From: Rhodothermales bacterium
Lineage (GTDB): Bacteria > Bacteroidota > Rhodothermia > Rhodothermales > VXPQ01
Assembly (NCBI GenBank): GCA_040904565.1
Contig: JBBDTI010000058.1
Span: 29,711 to 62,871 of the forward strand
Reading direction: 5' to 3'
DNA: 33,161 bases
A model generated the notes under the pieces. The model was not told the DNA's origin, ran no database searches, and saw nothing but the letters and a program-made list of their open reading frames with translations. How positions within the stretch are numbered: position 1 is the stretch's first letter; each line of letters begins with the position of its first letter. The position numbers were made by a program, and so were the translations under genes. This document shows, one piece after another, positions 17,659 through 26,982 of the stretch.

Positions 17659-19302
17659 ATGATCATGCGTACCGGTGCGCGTGCCGCGGTGTGGTCCCTG
17701 GCGGCGCTTGCTGTCTTCATGCTTGCCGCACGGCCCCCGGCAGCGCACGCCCAGGGGGACCAGTACAAGCGCTACGGGCTCGACGCCATGGCGAATATCG
17801 TCGATGGGGCGACCGACGAGGCGAAGGCGGATATGGCGCGCTATCTGGAGGCGTTTCCGAACGATCCGGAGTTTCTCTACGTGCTCGCCGTGGCGCACGC
17901 GCAGGAAGGAGACGTCGATGCGGCGTTCGAGTATGCCCGGCAGGCCGTCTCGGAGGGGCTGCCGGTCGGACGGCTCGTGGCCGGACCGCGCCGCCTCCTG
18001 GCCCCGCTGCACGACGACGATGCGTTTCAGGAGTGGGTGGACGGATTCGGAATGGAGGCAGAGCTCGTCCAGGGTCCGATGCTCGGCAGCGTGACGTCCG
18101 GTCGGATGAGCGTCTGGCTGCGGACGGCGACCGAGGTAACGGTAACGTTGGTCGTGACGGAAGGCGGGGAAGAAGCCGGTCGTCTGGATGGAGAGACGTC
18201 GGCGTCGGACGATTACACGACCGTGCTCTCGATCGGCGGCCTGGAGCCCGACACGGAGTATCGGTACGCGGTCGAAATCGACGGACGGCCCTATCCCGCG
18301 TCGTGGACCGTGCGATCGATGCCGGAAGAGGGAAGGCCCGCGCGATTCCGGATCGGGTTCGGAGGAGGAGCGGGCTATACGCCGTGGCACGAGCGGATCT
18401 GGACGACCATAGATCAGGAAGACTTTACGGCGTTTCTGATGATGGGAGATAACGTCTACCACGACCATCCCACGCGGCCCGACGTGCAGCTCTACACCTA
18501 TTATCGCCGGCAGTCCCGCCCCGAATTTCGGGCCTTCGCCGCCGAAACGCCGCTTTTCGCCATATGGGACGATCACGATTTCGGGGAGAACGACAGCTGG
18601 GGTGGTCCCGCGATCGACGAGCCGGACTGGAAGCCGTCCGTCTGGCAGGTCTTCAAGCAGAACTGGGCCAACCCTTCGTACGGAGGCGGTGAGGAACGGC
18701 CGGGCGTCTGGTTCGACTTCGCTATCGGCGACGTCGATTTTTTCATGCTCGACGGACGCTATTATCGGACCGATCCCAAGATCGACCGGCCGAGCATGCT
18801 CGGTCCCGCCCAGAAGGCGTGGCTCTTCGATCGCCTCTCGGAGTCGGATGCCACGTTCAAGGTCATCGTCTCCCCCGTACCCTGGGCTCCGGGAGCGAAA
18901 GGCGGCATGCAGATGACGCCCGAGGGGCCGCAGCCGGGTGGACTCGATACGTGGGACGGGTTTCCGGAGGAGCGGGACGAAATCTTCTCGTTTCTCGCCG
19001 CCAACGAGATCGACGGCGTCGTGCTGCTTTCCGCCGACCGGCATCGCTCCGACGCGTGGCGGATCGAGCGAGAGGACGGCTATGCGCTCTACGAGTTCGA
19101 GAGCTCGCAGCTGACGAACGTCCACACCCACGAGCTGATGGACGGCGCCCTGTTCGGGTATAACGAGAAGAACTCGTTCGGTCGGCTTACCTTCGACACG
19201 CAGGCCGAGGACCCCACCGTCACGTACGAGATCGTTTCCATCGACGGTGAAGCGGTGGCCGATATCACCGTACCCTTGAGCCGGCTCACGCACGGTGACT
19301 AG
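17659..19302 (+). CDS. Alkaline phosphatase D (PhoD)-like metallophosphatase with N-terminal TPR-like helical domain
   Basis: Motifs GPMLGSVT, GLEPDTEYRY (Fn3/PAP N-domain), GDNVY.D, WDDHDF..ND, LDGRYYR, MLG..QK.WL, DTWDGF and LSADRH. Sec-type signal ends AHA-Q. Confidence 0.85.
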   Translation: MIMRTGARAAVWSLAALAVFMLAARPPAAHAQGDQYKRYGLDAMANIVDGATDEAKADMARYLEAFPNDPEFLYVLAVAHAQEGDVDAAFEYARQAVSEGLPVGRLVAGPRRLLAPLHDDDAFQEWVDGFGMEAELVQGPMLGSVTSGRMSVWLRTATEVTVTLVVTEGGEEAGRLDGETSASDDYTTVLSIGGLEPDTEYRYAVEIDGRPYPASWTVRSMPEEGRPARFRIGFGGGAGYTPWHERIWTTIDQEDFTAFLMMGDNVYHDHPTRPDVQLYTYYRRQSRPEFRAFAAETPLFAIWDDHDFGENDSWGGPAIDEPDWKPSVWQVFKQNWANPSYGGGEERPGVWFDFAIGDVDFFMLDGRYYRTDPKIDRPSMLGPAQKAWLFDRLSESDATFKVIVSPVPWAPGAKGGMQMTPEGPQPGGLDTWDGFPEERDEIFSFLAANEIDGVVLLSADRHRSDAWRIEREDGYALYEFESSQLTNVHTHELMDGALFGYNEKNSFGRLTFDTQAEDPTVTYEIVSIDGEAVADITVPLSRLTHGD

Positions 19303-19363
19303 CGAGGCGCCTGCTCCCTTCATGCTTTCTGCACGTCTACTCACACGGCTCGGCCGCTTCCAA

Positions 19364-20965
19364 ATGATGACACGCACGCTTTCCTCTGCGCTCGTGACGG
19401 TTCTCGTCGTCGCGAACCTGTCATGTAGAAATGCCGGAGACATCCACGCCGGATCGACGCTTTCCGTGACGGTGGTCGACACGTCTGAGGGGCACACGTC
19501 GGCCCGCGTGAAGCTTATCGACACGGAGGGTCACGCCGCGCCGCTGCCCGAGGAGGCCGTCGCCGTGATGTATGGAATGTGGGATCACGCGGACGGTTAC
19601 GGCTATCAGCCCGACAGTTCGTTCTACGTCGATGGGTACTTCGAACTCGATCTACCGGACGGAACGTATTATCTGGAGATCACGAAGGGCAACGAATTCG
19701 TCGAGATCCGCGACACGCTCCGGGTTGACGGCGCCGTCGAACGCCAGTACCGTCTGGAGCGGTGGATCGATACCGCTTCGATGGGGTGGTATTCGGCCGA
19801 CGACCACATCCACATTCGCCGTTCGCCGCGCGAGGATCCGCTGCTGCACGTCTGGACCTCGGCGGAAGATATCCGTGTCGGCAACATGCTCCGCATGGGC
19901 GATTTCTGGGCGACGTACTACGCCCAGTACGCCTTCGGAGCGGATGGCGTCTATGAGCAAGATGGATATCTGCTGCTCTCGGGACAGGAAGACCCGCGTA
20001 CGCCCGAGCTGGGGCACGTGATCGGACTTGGCGCTTCCGAGTTTATTCGCTTTCCGAATCGCTATTATCTCTACGACCTCGTTTTCGACGGACTGCGCGC
20101 GTCAGGCGGCCTGGGCGGCTATGCACACCAGGCGGAGACCTTTCACGGCTACCGTGGACTCACACTGGATGGCCTGCGGGAAAAAGTCGATCTGGTCGAG
20201 ATCGTCCAGTTCTGTGCACCGGGCGGTCCGCTCATCACCGAGCATTATTACCATCTGCTCGATCTCGGCTTTCCGCTGACCGCAACCGCCGGATCCGATT
20301 TTCCGTGGTGCGGGAAGCCCCACGACGGCTCCGCCGAGATCCCCGTACACGAGCAGGCCCGTATCGGTAACGCCCGCTTCTACGCCTACCTGGGAGACGA
20401 CGGGCTGACGTATGCGAACTGGATGGACGCCGTACGCGCCGGACGGACGTTCGCCACGAGCGGCCCGGTGCTGTTGCTCGAAGTAGACGGTCGTAAACCG
20501 GGAGCGGCCATAGACCTTCCGGAAAGCGGCCCGGTAACGATCGAGGCGACCGCACGCGGACACGCGGCCGGCATCCCGCTCGCATCTATCGAGATCGTCG
20601 CACACGGTACGGTGATCGCCTCGGCGTCGGCAGACGATCCCGATCAATCTACGGAGCGGCTCCGGATTCGAACGTCACTCGAGGTCGAGGAAGGCGTGTG
20701 GATTGCCGCGCGCGCCACGGCCGGATCCATGCAGGTTGCCCATACGACGCCGGTCTATGTCACGGTCGACGGGGGCGGATTTCACAACCGGGCCGCCCTG
20801 AATCGTCTCCTGGATCGATCGGAGACGTACCTGGCCGACGTCGACAGCGTCAGCAGCGAGCCGCATCACGGCGTCGGAGAACATGCCTGGCGCTACCGCG
20901 ACGGACTCATGGAACGCGTCGAGGCGGCACGTGAGGTTCTGGATCACCTGCGCGAGGCGCACTGA
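19364..20965 (+). CDS. CehA/McbA-like PHP-fold metallohydrolase, possible lipoprotein
   Basis: Motifs GWYSADDHIH (HxH), GQE, GHV, YAH, AGSDFPW, W...VRAGRTFATSGP and AHTTPVYV. NLSC follows a hydrophobic stretch. Start uncertain (GTG 19295 or ATG 19364). Confidence 0.72.
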   Translation: MMTRTLSSALVTVLVVANLSCRNAGDIHAGSTLSVTVVDTSEGHTSARVKLIDTEGHAAPLPEEAVAVMYGMWDHADGYGYQPDSSFYVDGYFELDLPDGTYYLEITKGNEFVEIRDTLRVDGAVERQYRLERWIDTASMGWYSADDHIHIRRSPREDPLLHVWTSAEDIRVGNMLRMGDFWATYYAQYAFGADGVYEQDGYLLLSGQEDPRTPELGHVIGLGASEFIRFPNRYYLYDLVFDGLRASGGLGGYAHQAETFHGYRGLTLDGLREKVDLVEIVQFCAPGGPLITEHYYHLLDLGFPLTATAGSDFPWCGKPHDGSAEIPVHEQARIGNARFYAYLGDDGLTYANWMDAVRAGRTFATSGPVLLLEVDGRKPGAAIDLPESGPVTIEATARGHAAGIPLASIEIVAHGTVIASASADDPDQSTERLRIRTSLEVEEGVWIAARATAGSMQVAHTTPVYVTVDGGGFHNRAALNRLLDRSETYLADVDSVSSEPHHGVGEHAWRYRDGLMERVEAAREVLDHLREAH

Positions 20966-21047
20966 GGGCTGCACGTGCGTGGCGCCGGCATGCTGTCGCT
21001 CTGGTCCCGACGCGCTCTTCAGGGTTCCGCGCGGCTATACCGGCGTC

Positions 21048-21087
21048 TCGAACGATTCTTGCGTTCGAACCGAACATGAATTATGCT
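21048..21087 (+). promoter_or_regulatory. Sigma70-like promoter for the TRAP operon with overlapping inverted repeat
   Basis: TTGCGT (21059-21064)-N17-TATGCT (21082-21087). A 7-7-7 inverted repeat TCGAACG-N7-CGTTCGA (21048-21068) overlaps the -35 box. Confidence 0.5.
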
Positions 21088-21142
21088 CACTACCGTGCGT
21101 CAAAGGGGATTGCGCCCAGGACGAATTGGATAGATAGGTAGC

Positions 21143-22156
21143 ATGCAGAAGAACGTAGCGCGACACGTCTTCACGGGAGGGGGCTGGATCGTACCGGCTC
21201 TCGGCGTCGTCCTCTCGGTATGCCTCGCCGCTTGCGGACCCTCATCCGACGTTACGGTGATCAAGATGGGACACGGCCTGGACGTTTCCCATTCGGTGCA
21301 CCAGGCCATGCTCTACATGGGCGAGCGCCTCGTGGAGAAATCAGACTCCACCATGCGTATCGACGTCTATCCGAGCCAGCAGCTGGGCACGGAACGCGAG
21401 CTCTTAGAGCTGCTGCAGATCGGCAGCGTCGGCATGACGAAGGTGTCGTCGGCCGTGCTCGAAGGATTCGTGCCGGAGTATCAGGTGTTCGGGCTGCCCT
21501 ATCTGTTCCGCGACGAGGCGCATCGCTTCAACGTGTGGGATGCCGACGTGGGTCGTGAAATCCTCCGCGGTGGACAGGAATTTGGACTCCGGGGCGTCGC
21601 CTATTATGATGCCGGCACGCGCAGCTTTTACACGAAGGACCGGCCGGTCGAGCGCCCGGAGGATCTTCAGGGACTGAAAATCAGGGTTCAGGAGAGCCCT
21701 GTGGCGATGCAGATGGTGCAGACGCTCGGCGGCTCACCCACGCCGATTGCCTGGGGCGAGCTCTACACGGCGCTGCAGCAGGGCATCGTCGACGGCGCCG
21801 AGAACAATCCGCCTTCATTCTATCTCTCCCGTCATTATGAGGTCTGCCGGTACTACTCGCTCGACGAGCACACGGCGGTGCCGGACGTCGTGCTGGTGAG
21901 CATGGTCCTGTGGAACGATCTGAACGAGCAGCAGCGGCAGTGGCTTCAGGAGGCGGCCGACGAATCGGCCGAGTATCAGAAGGAGCTCTGGGCCGCGTCG
22001 GTGGAGGAGTCGCTGCGAGCCGTCGAGGAAGCGGGCGTCGAGATCATCCGACCGGATATGGAGCCGTTCGCCGAGCGGGTGGCCTCCATGTACGACGCTT
22101 ACCGCGACGACCCCGAACTGTACGATCTCATCCAGCGGATCCAGGAGGTTCAGTAG
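21143..22156 (+). CDS. dctP: TRAP transporter substrate-binding protein (lipoprotein)
   Basis: Lipobox LAAC. Motifs YPSQQLG.ERE, LPYLF, GTRSFY, DLQGLKIRV (carboxylate-binding Arg) and GELYTALQQGIVDGAENN. Confidence 0.93.
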   Translation: MQKNVARHVFTGGGWIVPALGVVLSVCLAACGPSSDVTVIKMGHGLDVSHSVHQAMLYMGERLVEKSDSTMRIDVYPSQQLGTERELLELLQIGSVGMTKVSSAVLEGFVPEYQVFGLPYLFRDEAHRFNVWDADVGREILRGGQEFGLRGVAYYDAGTRSFYTKDRPVERPEDLQGLKIRVQESPVAMQMVQTLGGSPTPIAWGELYTALQQGIVDGAENNPPSFYLSRHYEVCRYYSLDEHTAVPDVVLVSMVLWNDLNEQQRQWLQEAADESAEYQKELWAASVEESLRAVEEAGVEIIRPDMEPFAERVASMYDAYRDDPELYDLIQRIQEVQ

Positions 22157-22686
22157 TGAAGCGTTTTCGCGAAGCGGTCGACCGCGGACTGGCCTGGCTC
22201 CTGATCGTGCTCATGTTCGTCGCGGTCGTCAACGTGCTCTGGCAGGTGTTCACCCGCTGGGTCCTGAATGCGCCCAGCGCCTACACCGAAGAGCTGGCGA
22301 GGTACCTGCTCATCTGGATCGGGCTCGTCGGTGCCGGCTACGCCGCCGGCAAGAAGATGCATCTCGCGATCGATCTGCTGCCCATGATGCTCAAGGGCCG
22401 GAAGCGCCAGGTGCTGGAGATCGTAATCGATGCGTTCGTGCTGCTCTTCGCGTTCTTCGTGCTGATCGTTGGCGGCGTTCGGCTCGTCACCCTCACGCTC
22501 ATGATGGGACAGACGTCGGCGGCCCTCGGCATCGAACTCGGCTACGTCTACCTCGCGCTACCGCTTAGCGGCCTCATCATCGTATTCTATGCGCTCCTGT
22601 CGATTCGCGATCACGTGAACGTGCTCAGGGGACGAGAAGCGGACGTGGTAGAAACGGACCGGTCCCAACAAAAGACGATAAACTGA
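22156..22686 (+). CDS. dctQ: TRAP transporter small permease
   Basis: GTG 22156 overlaps the dctP stop, with SD GGAGG at 22144-22148. Motifs QVFTRW...EELARY and HLAID; four TM helices. Confidence 0.9.
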   Translation: MKRFREAVDRGLAWLLIVLMFVAVVNVLWQVFTRWVLNAPSAYTEELARYLLIWIGLVGAGYAAGKKMHLAIDLLPMMLKGRKRQVLEIVIDAFVLLFAFFVLIVGGVRLVTLTLMMGQTSAALGIELGYVYLALPLSGLIIVFYALLSIRDHVNVLRGREADVVETDRSQQKTIN

Positions 22687-22689
22687 CCC

Positions 22690-23985
22690 ATGGAGCTGGC
22701 CGGAGTACTGGTCCTCGTCGTCGTGTTTCTGGTGCTGCTGCTTATCGGCGTGCCGGTGGCCTTTTCGATCGGCATTTCGGCGATCTGCACCATGCTGCTG
22801 ACCATCCACACCGAACCGGCCCTCGCGACCGCCGCGCAGCGGATGGCGGTCGGACTCGACAGCTTCGCCCTGCTTGCCATTCCGTTCTTCATCCTGGCCG
22901 GACAGCTCATGAATCGCGGCGGGATCGCGCGCAGGCTGATCGACCTCGCGAAAAGCCTCGTCGGGACGCTGCCCGGGGCGCTCGCTCACGTCAACATCGT
23001 CGCCGCCATGTTTTTCGGCGCCATCTCCGGCTCGGCCGTAGCGGCGGCCTCCGCCGTCGGCGGTGTGATGGTTCCCAGGATGGATGCGGAGGGCTACGAT
23101 CGCAGCTACGGCGCCGCCGTCAACATCACGTCGGCCACGACGGGGCTTATCATTCCGCCCTCCAACATTCTCATCGTCTATTCGCTGGCCAGCGGCGGAG
23201 CCTCGATCGGAGCTCTGTTTCTGGCGGGGTATCTTCCGGGGATTCTGGTCGGACTCGCACTGATGTTCGTCGCCGGCGTTATCGCATACCGGCGCGGATA
23301 CCCGCGCGCCGAAAGCGTGCGTATCAGATTCGCCGTCCGCAAGTTCTTCGACGCGCTTCCGAGTCTCTTCCTGCTGATCGTCGTGATCGGCGGCATCGTG
23401 GCAGGGATTTTCACGGCTACGGAGGCCTCGGCCGTAGCGGTGGCCTACGCCTTCGTGCTCGCACTGATCTACCGCGAGATCACCGTGAAAGATCTACCCT
23501 CCATCCTGCTCGATACGGCCTCCACGACGGCGATCGTCATGCTGCTGATCGGTACGTCGATGGGACTCTCCTGGGTGATGTCCTACGAAAATATCCCGCA
23601 GACGGTGGCCACCACGCTCGTGGCGCTGAGCGACAGTCCGATCGTCATCCTGCTGATCATCAACGTGGTACTCCTGGCCGTCGGGACCTTTATGGATATG
23701 ACGCCGGCCGTGCTCATCTTCACCCCGATCTTCCTGCCGATCGTGATGGAGCTGGGGATGGACCCGGTTCACTTCGGCATCGTGATGGTCCTGAACCTGT
23801 GCGTAGGCCTGTGCACGCCGCCCGTCGGCAGCGTGCTCTTCGTCGGCTGCGGTATCGCGGACGTGTCGATCACCAGCGTCGTCCGTCCCTTGATGCCGCT
23901 GTTCCTGGCCATGATCGTCGCACTGCTCGTCGTTACCTTTGTACCTGAACTCAGTCTCTGGCTGCCTCGCGTCTTCGGATTCTAG
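22690..23985 (+). CDS. dctM: TRAP transporter large permease
   Basis: Motifs SFALLAIPFFILAG, FGAISGSAVA, IIPPS, GIFTATEAS, GTFMD, DPVHFG and TPPVG. Confidence 0.95.
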   Translation: MELAGVLVLVVVFLVLLLIGVPVAFSIGISAICTMLLTIHTEPALATAAQRMAVGLDSFALLAIPFFILAGQLMNRGGIARRLIDLAKSLVGTLPGALAHVNIVAAMFFGAISGSAVAAASAVGGVMVPRMDAEGYDRSYGAAVNITSATTGLIIPPSNILIVYSLASGGASIGALFLAGYLPGILVGLALMFVAGVIAYRRGYPRAESVRIRFAVRKFFDALPSLFLLIVVIGGIVAGIFTATEASAVAVAYAFVLALIYREITVKDLPSILLDTASTTAIVMLLIGTSMGLSWVMSYENIPQTVATTLVALSDSPIVILLIINVVLLAVGTFMDMTPAVLIFTPIFLPIVMELGMDPVHFGIVMVLNLCVGLCTPPVGSVLFVGCGIADVSITSVVRPLMPLFLAMIVALLVVTFVPELSLWLPRVFGF

Positions 23986-24039
23986 TGCCACTTGATGATC
24001 TTGCGGGTGCATTCTACCGTCGACCAGCATCTCGTGAAG

Positions 24040-24069
24040 CGTGCCGGCGGCACGGGCCCCAGCGGGGCC
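24040..24069 (+). other. Two abutting GC hairpins between dctM and uxaC
   Basis: CGTGCC-ggc-GGCACG (24040-24054) is immediately followed by GGCCCC-agc-GGGGCC (24055-24069) and then gatttct. Confidence 0.35.
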
Positions 24070-24102
24070 GATTTCTGTTGGATTAGATGATTTTCTCGCC
24101 TG

Positions 24103-25530
24103 ATGGCATCCCTGGAACTGCATCCCGACCGTTATTTCGATCCCGACCCGGGCGTTCGGCGGCTGGCTCGCGATCTGTATCTGAGCGTGTCGGACCTCCC
24201 GCTCGTGTGCCCGCACGGGCACGTCGATCCCCGTGTGCTCGCGGTGAACGAGCCGTTCGCGGAGCCGGCGTCGCTGATCGTCAAGCCCGACCATTACATT
24301 TTCCGGATGCTCTATTCGCAGGGTATTCCCCTCGAATCGCTCGGCATCCCCACGCGAGACGGGTCGCCCGTCGAGAAGGATGCGCGCACGATCTGGCAGA
24401 CGTTCGCGGATCATTACGAGCTGTTTCGCGGAACGCCGACGCGGGCCTGGCTCGACTACGAGTTCTACCACGTCTTCGGCATTCGTACGAAGCTCGATGG
24501 GGATTCGGCCATGCGCATCTACGATGAGATGCTCGAGAAATTGAAGTCGCCCGAGTTCCTTCCGCGGTCCCTGTTCGATCGGTTCGACATCGAGGTGCTC
24601 ACCACCACCGACGCCGCGTCGGACACTCTGGAATACCATCAGCAGATCCGTAACGCCGACTGGAACGGGCGCGTCGTGCCGTGTTTTCGGCCGGATGCCG
24701 CGTTTCGTATCGCGTCGCCTGAGTGGCGCGGCGAGGTCGAGCGGCTCGCATCGGCCGTCGGCTTCGAGGTCGACAGCTACGCCCGGTTCGTCGAGGCGCT
24801 GGTGGAGCGGCGCGCCTTCTTCAAGGAGATGGGCGCCGTGTCGACGGACCATGCCGTCGTCGAACCCTGCACGGAGCGGCTACCCCGGGAGCGGGTCGAG
24901 GAACTGTTCGTTCGGGCGCTGCGGGGCGCGGCCGACGCGGAAGACCAGCGCGCCTTCGAGGCCCACATGCTCATGGAGATGGCCGAAATGAGTGTAGAGG
25001 ACGGCCTCGTCATGCAAATCCACCCGGGTTCATTCCGCAATCACAACGAGCGGGTCTACGAACGCTTCGGGCCGGACATGGGGGCGGACATCCCCGTGCG
25101 CACGGAGTATACCCGCAACCTGCGGCCGCTCCTGAATGCCTACGGGAATCACGAGCGGTTCCGGCTCGTTCTCTTCACGCTTGACGAAACGACGTATTCT
25201 CGCGAGCTGGCCCCGCTGGCGGGTCACTACCCGGCCCTGCGGCTGGGTCCGGCCTGGTGGTTCTTCGACAGCATCGCCGGTATGCGGCGCTACCGCGAGC
25301 TCGTGACCGAGACGGCCGGCATCTACAATACGGCCGGCTTCAACGACGACACGCGCGCGTTTCTTTCCATCCCCTCACGGCACGATCTCTCCCGACGCGT
25401 GGATGCCAACTACGCCGCGACGCTCGTCGCTCGCCACGAGATCGACGAGCAGGATGCGCGGGCCATGGTACGGGCCATGGCGTACGACCTCGTTCGAGAC
25501 ACCTATCGCCTGGATACGGAAGGGGCGTGA
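24103..25530 (+). CDS. uxaC: Glucuronate (uronate) isomerase
   Basis: Motifs LPLVCPHGHVDP, PDHYIFRMLYSQG, TTTDA, STDH, MQIHPG..RNHN, GADIP, YSRELAPLAGHYP, GPAWWF.D and GFNDDTRAF.SIP.RHD..RR. Confidence 0.95.
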   Translation: MASLELHPDRYFDPDPGVRRLARDLYLSVSDLPLVCPHGHVDPRVLAVNEPFAEPASLIVKPDHYIFRMLYSQGIPLESLGIPTRDGSPVEKDARTIWQTFADHYELFRGTPTRAWLDYEFYHVFGIRTKLDGDSAMRIYDEMLEKLKSPEFLPRSLFDRFDIEVLTTTDAASDTLEYHQQIRNADWNGRVVPCFRPDAAFRIASPEWRGEVERLASAVGFEVDSYARFVEALVERRAFFKEMGAVSTDHAVVEPCTERLPRERVEELFVRALRGAADAEDQRAFEAHMLMEMAEMSVEDGLVMQIHPGSFRNHNERVYERFGPDMGADIPVRTEYTRNLRPLLNAYGNHERFRLVLFTLDETTYSRELAPLAGHYPALRLGPAWWFFDSIAGMRRYRELVTETAGIYNTAGFNDDTRAFLSIPSRHDLSRRVDANYAATLVARHEIDEQDARAMVRAMAYDLVRDTYRLDTEGA

Positions 25531-26840
25531 CGATTCGCCGACTCACCCTTGTCGCCGTTTTCATTGCCGGGGCTATCCTGCTGCAGGCTTGTGCCGAGGA
25601 GCGGACGCCTATCGTCTTCAATCCCAATACGAGCTGGTGCTGGTTTCAGGACGAGCGGGCGATCATCGATGGCGGACAGCTGCTGCTTGCCGGCGTGAGC
25701 ACGGAGGGCGACGTAACCGTCACCGCGTACGATCTGGAAACCGGCGAGCGGTCCGTCCACGTGCTCCGGGACACGCTGCAGGCGAACGATCACGCCGTGC
25801 CCGCGCTGTTCGCTCGCCCCGACGGGCGCTATCTGGCGGCGTACTCTCGCCACAATGGCGACTACTCGTTCTGGCGCATCTCCGAAGCGCCGGGCGACGT
25901 AACGCGCTGGCGGCCCGAGCGGCGGTTCGATCACGGGGCGCGGGTGACGTACTCGAACCTGTATGGCATGGCGGCGGAAGGTCCGGCCGGACGTATCTAT
26001 AACTTCACGCGTACGCGGCACTGGGATCCGAATTTCGTCGTGTCCGACGACCAGGGCGAGAGCTGGGCGTACGGCGGACGGCTCATCGACGGCGGCGGCA
26101 GCGAGCAGCGGCCGTATGTGCGATACGCGGGAAACGGCATCGACGCCATCCATTTTATCACCACCGAGGGACATCCCCGTGATTTCGCGAACAGTGTGTA
26201 TCACGGTTACGTCCACGATGGTCGGTCGTATCGCAGTGACGGCACCCTGGTCGACGAAAATATTTTTGACGAGGAGGCGCCGCCCGCGCATGCGTTTACG
26301 CGTGTTTTCTCTGGAGATGAGAACAATGTCGCGTGGACGAGCGACATCGAGCTCGATGGAGACGGACGCCCCTACATCGCCTACTCCGTGACGAAGGATC
26401 GGATCGAACCCGAGCGTGGAGGAATGGATCACCGGTATCGATACGCGAGGTGGGATGGAGCGGCCTGGCACGACGAAGAGATTGCTTACGCCGGCACGCG
26501 CCTGTACGAAGGAGAGGATGCCTATACGGGATTGATCGCCCTTCATCCGTCGACACCGGACGTCGTATATATTTCCACCGACGTCGATCCGGTAGGCGGC
26601 GAGCCGATACGGGTCGACGGCGTGCGACGCTACGAAATATTCAGAGGCGAAACGGAGGATGGCGGTGCGACGTGGACCTGGGAGACGGTAACCGCCGAGT
26701 CCCCGGAAGACAATCTCCGTCCCATCGTCGCCGCGAGCGATCGGGCGTGGGCCGTCGTGTGGCTCCGCGGCACCTATCGCTCCTACACGGATTACGATCA
26801 GGCTGCGGTCGGATTCGTCTACCACGAGCTGCCCGAGTAG
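25527..26840 (+). CDS. BNR-4/Asp-box repeat beta-propeller lipoprotein
   Basis: GTG 25527 overlaps the uxaC stop (GTGA). Lipobox LQAC. Motifs WCWFQDERA, NDHAVPAL, TYSN, Asp-boxes SDDQGESW and TEDGGATW, RPYVRY, HPR and DNLRP. Confidence 0.75.
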   Translation: MTIRRLTLVAVFIAGAILLQACAEERTPIVFNPNTSWCWFQDERAIIDGGQLLLAGVSTEGDVTVTAYDLETGERSVHVLRDTLQANDHAVPALFARPDGRYLAAYSRHNGDYSFWRISEAPGDVTRWRPERRFDHGARVTYSNLYGMAAEGPAGRIYNFTRTRHWDPNFVVSDDQGESWAYGGRLIDGGGSEQRPYVRYAGNGIDAIHFITTEGHPRDFANSVYHGYVHDGRSYRSDGTLVDENIFDEEAPPAHAFTRVFSGDENNVAWTSDIELDGDGRPYIAYSVTKDRIEPERGGMDHRYRYARWDGAAWHDEEIAYAGTRLYEGEDAYTGLIALHPSTPDVVYISTDVDPVGGEPIRVDGVRRYEIFRGETEDGGATWTWETVTAESPEDNLRPIVAASDRAWAVVWLRGTYRSYTDYDQAAVGFVYHELPE

Positions 26841-26872
26841 ACGTCCGGCCGATGCCTTCCGTCGGTTGACCG

Positions 26873-26903
26873 CGTGCGATTCATTGCGTACACGTGCGAT
26901 TCA
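26873..26903 (+). repeat. 11-bp direct repeat CGTGCGATTCA, 20-bp period
   Basis: Identical copies at 26873-26883 and 26893-26903, upstream of blaI. Confidence 0.6.
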
Positions 26904-26982
26904 CCACACCGCTCGCACGTTTGCCGAAACCCCGGTATTCCTCCTGCGTCTGCAAGTACGTCAGACTCTTTCAGGAAATTTC

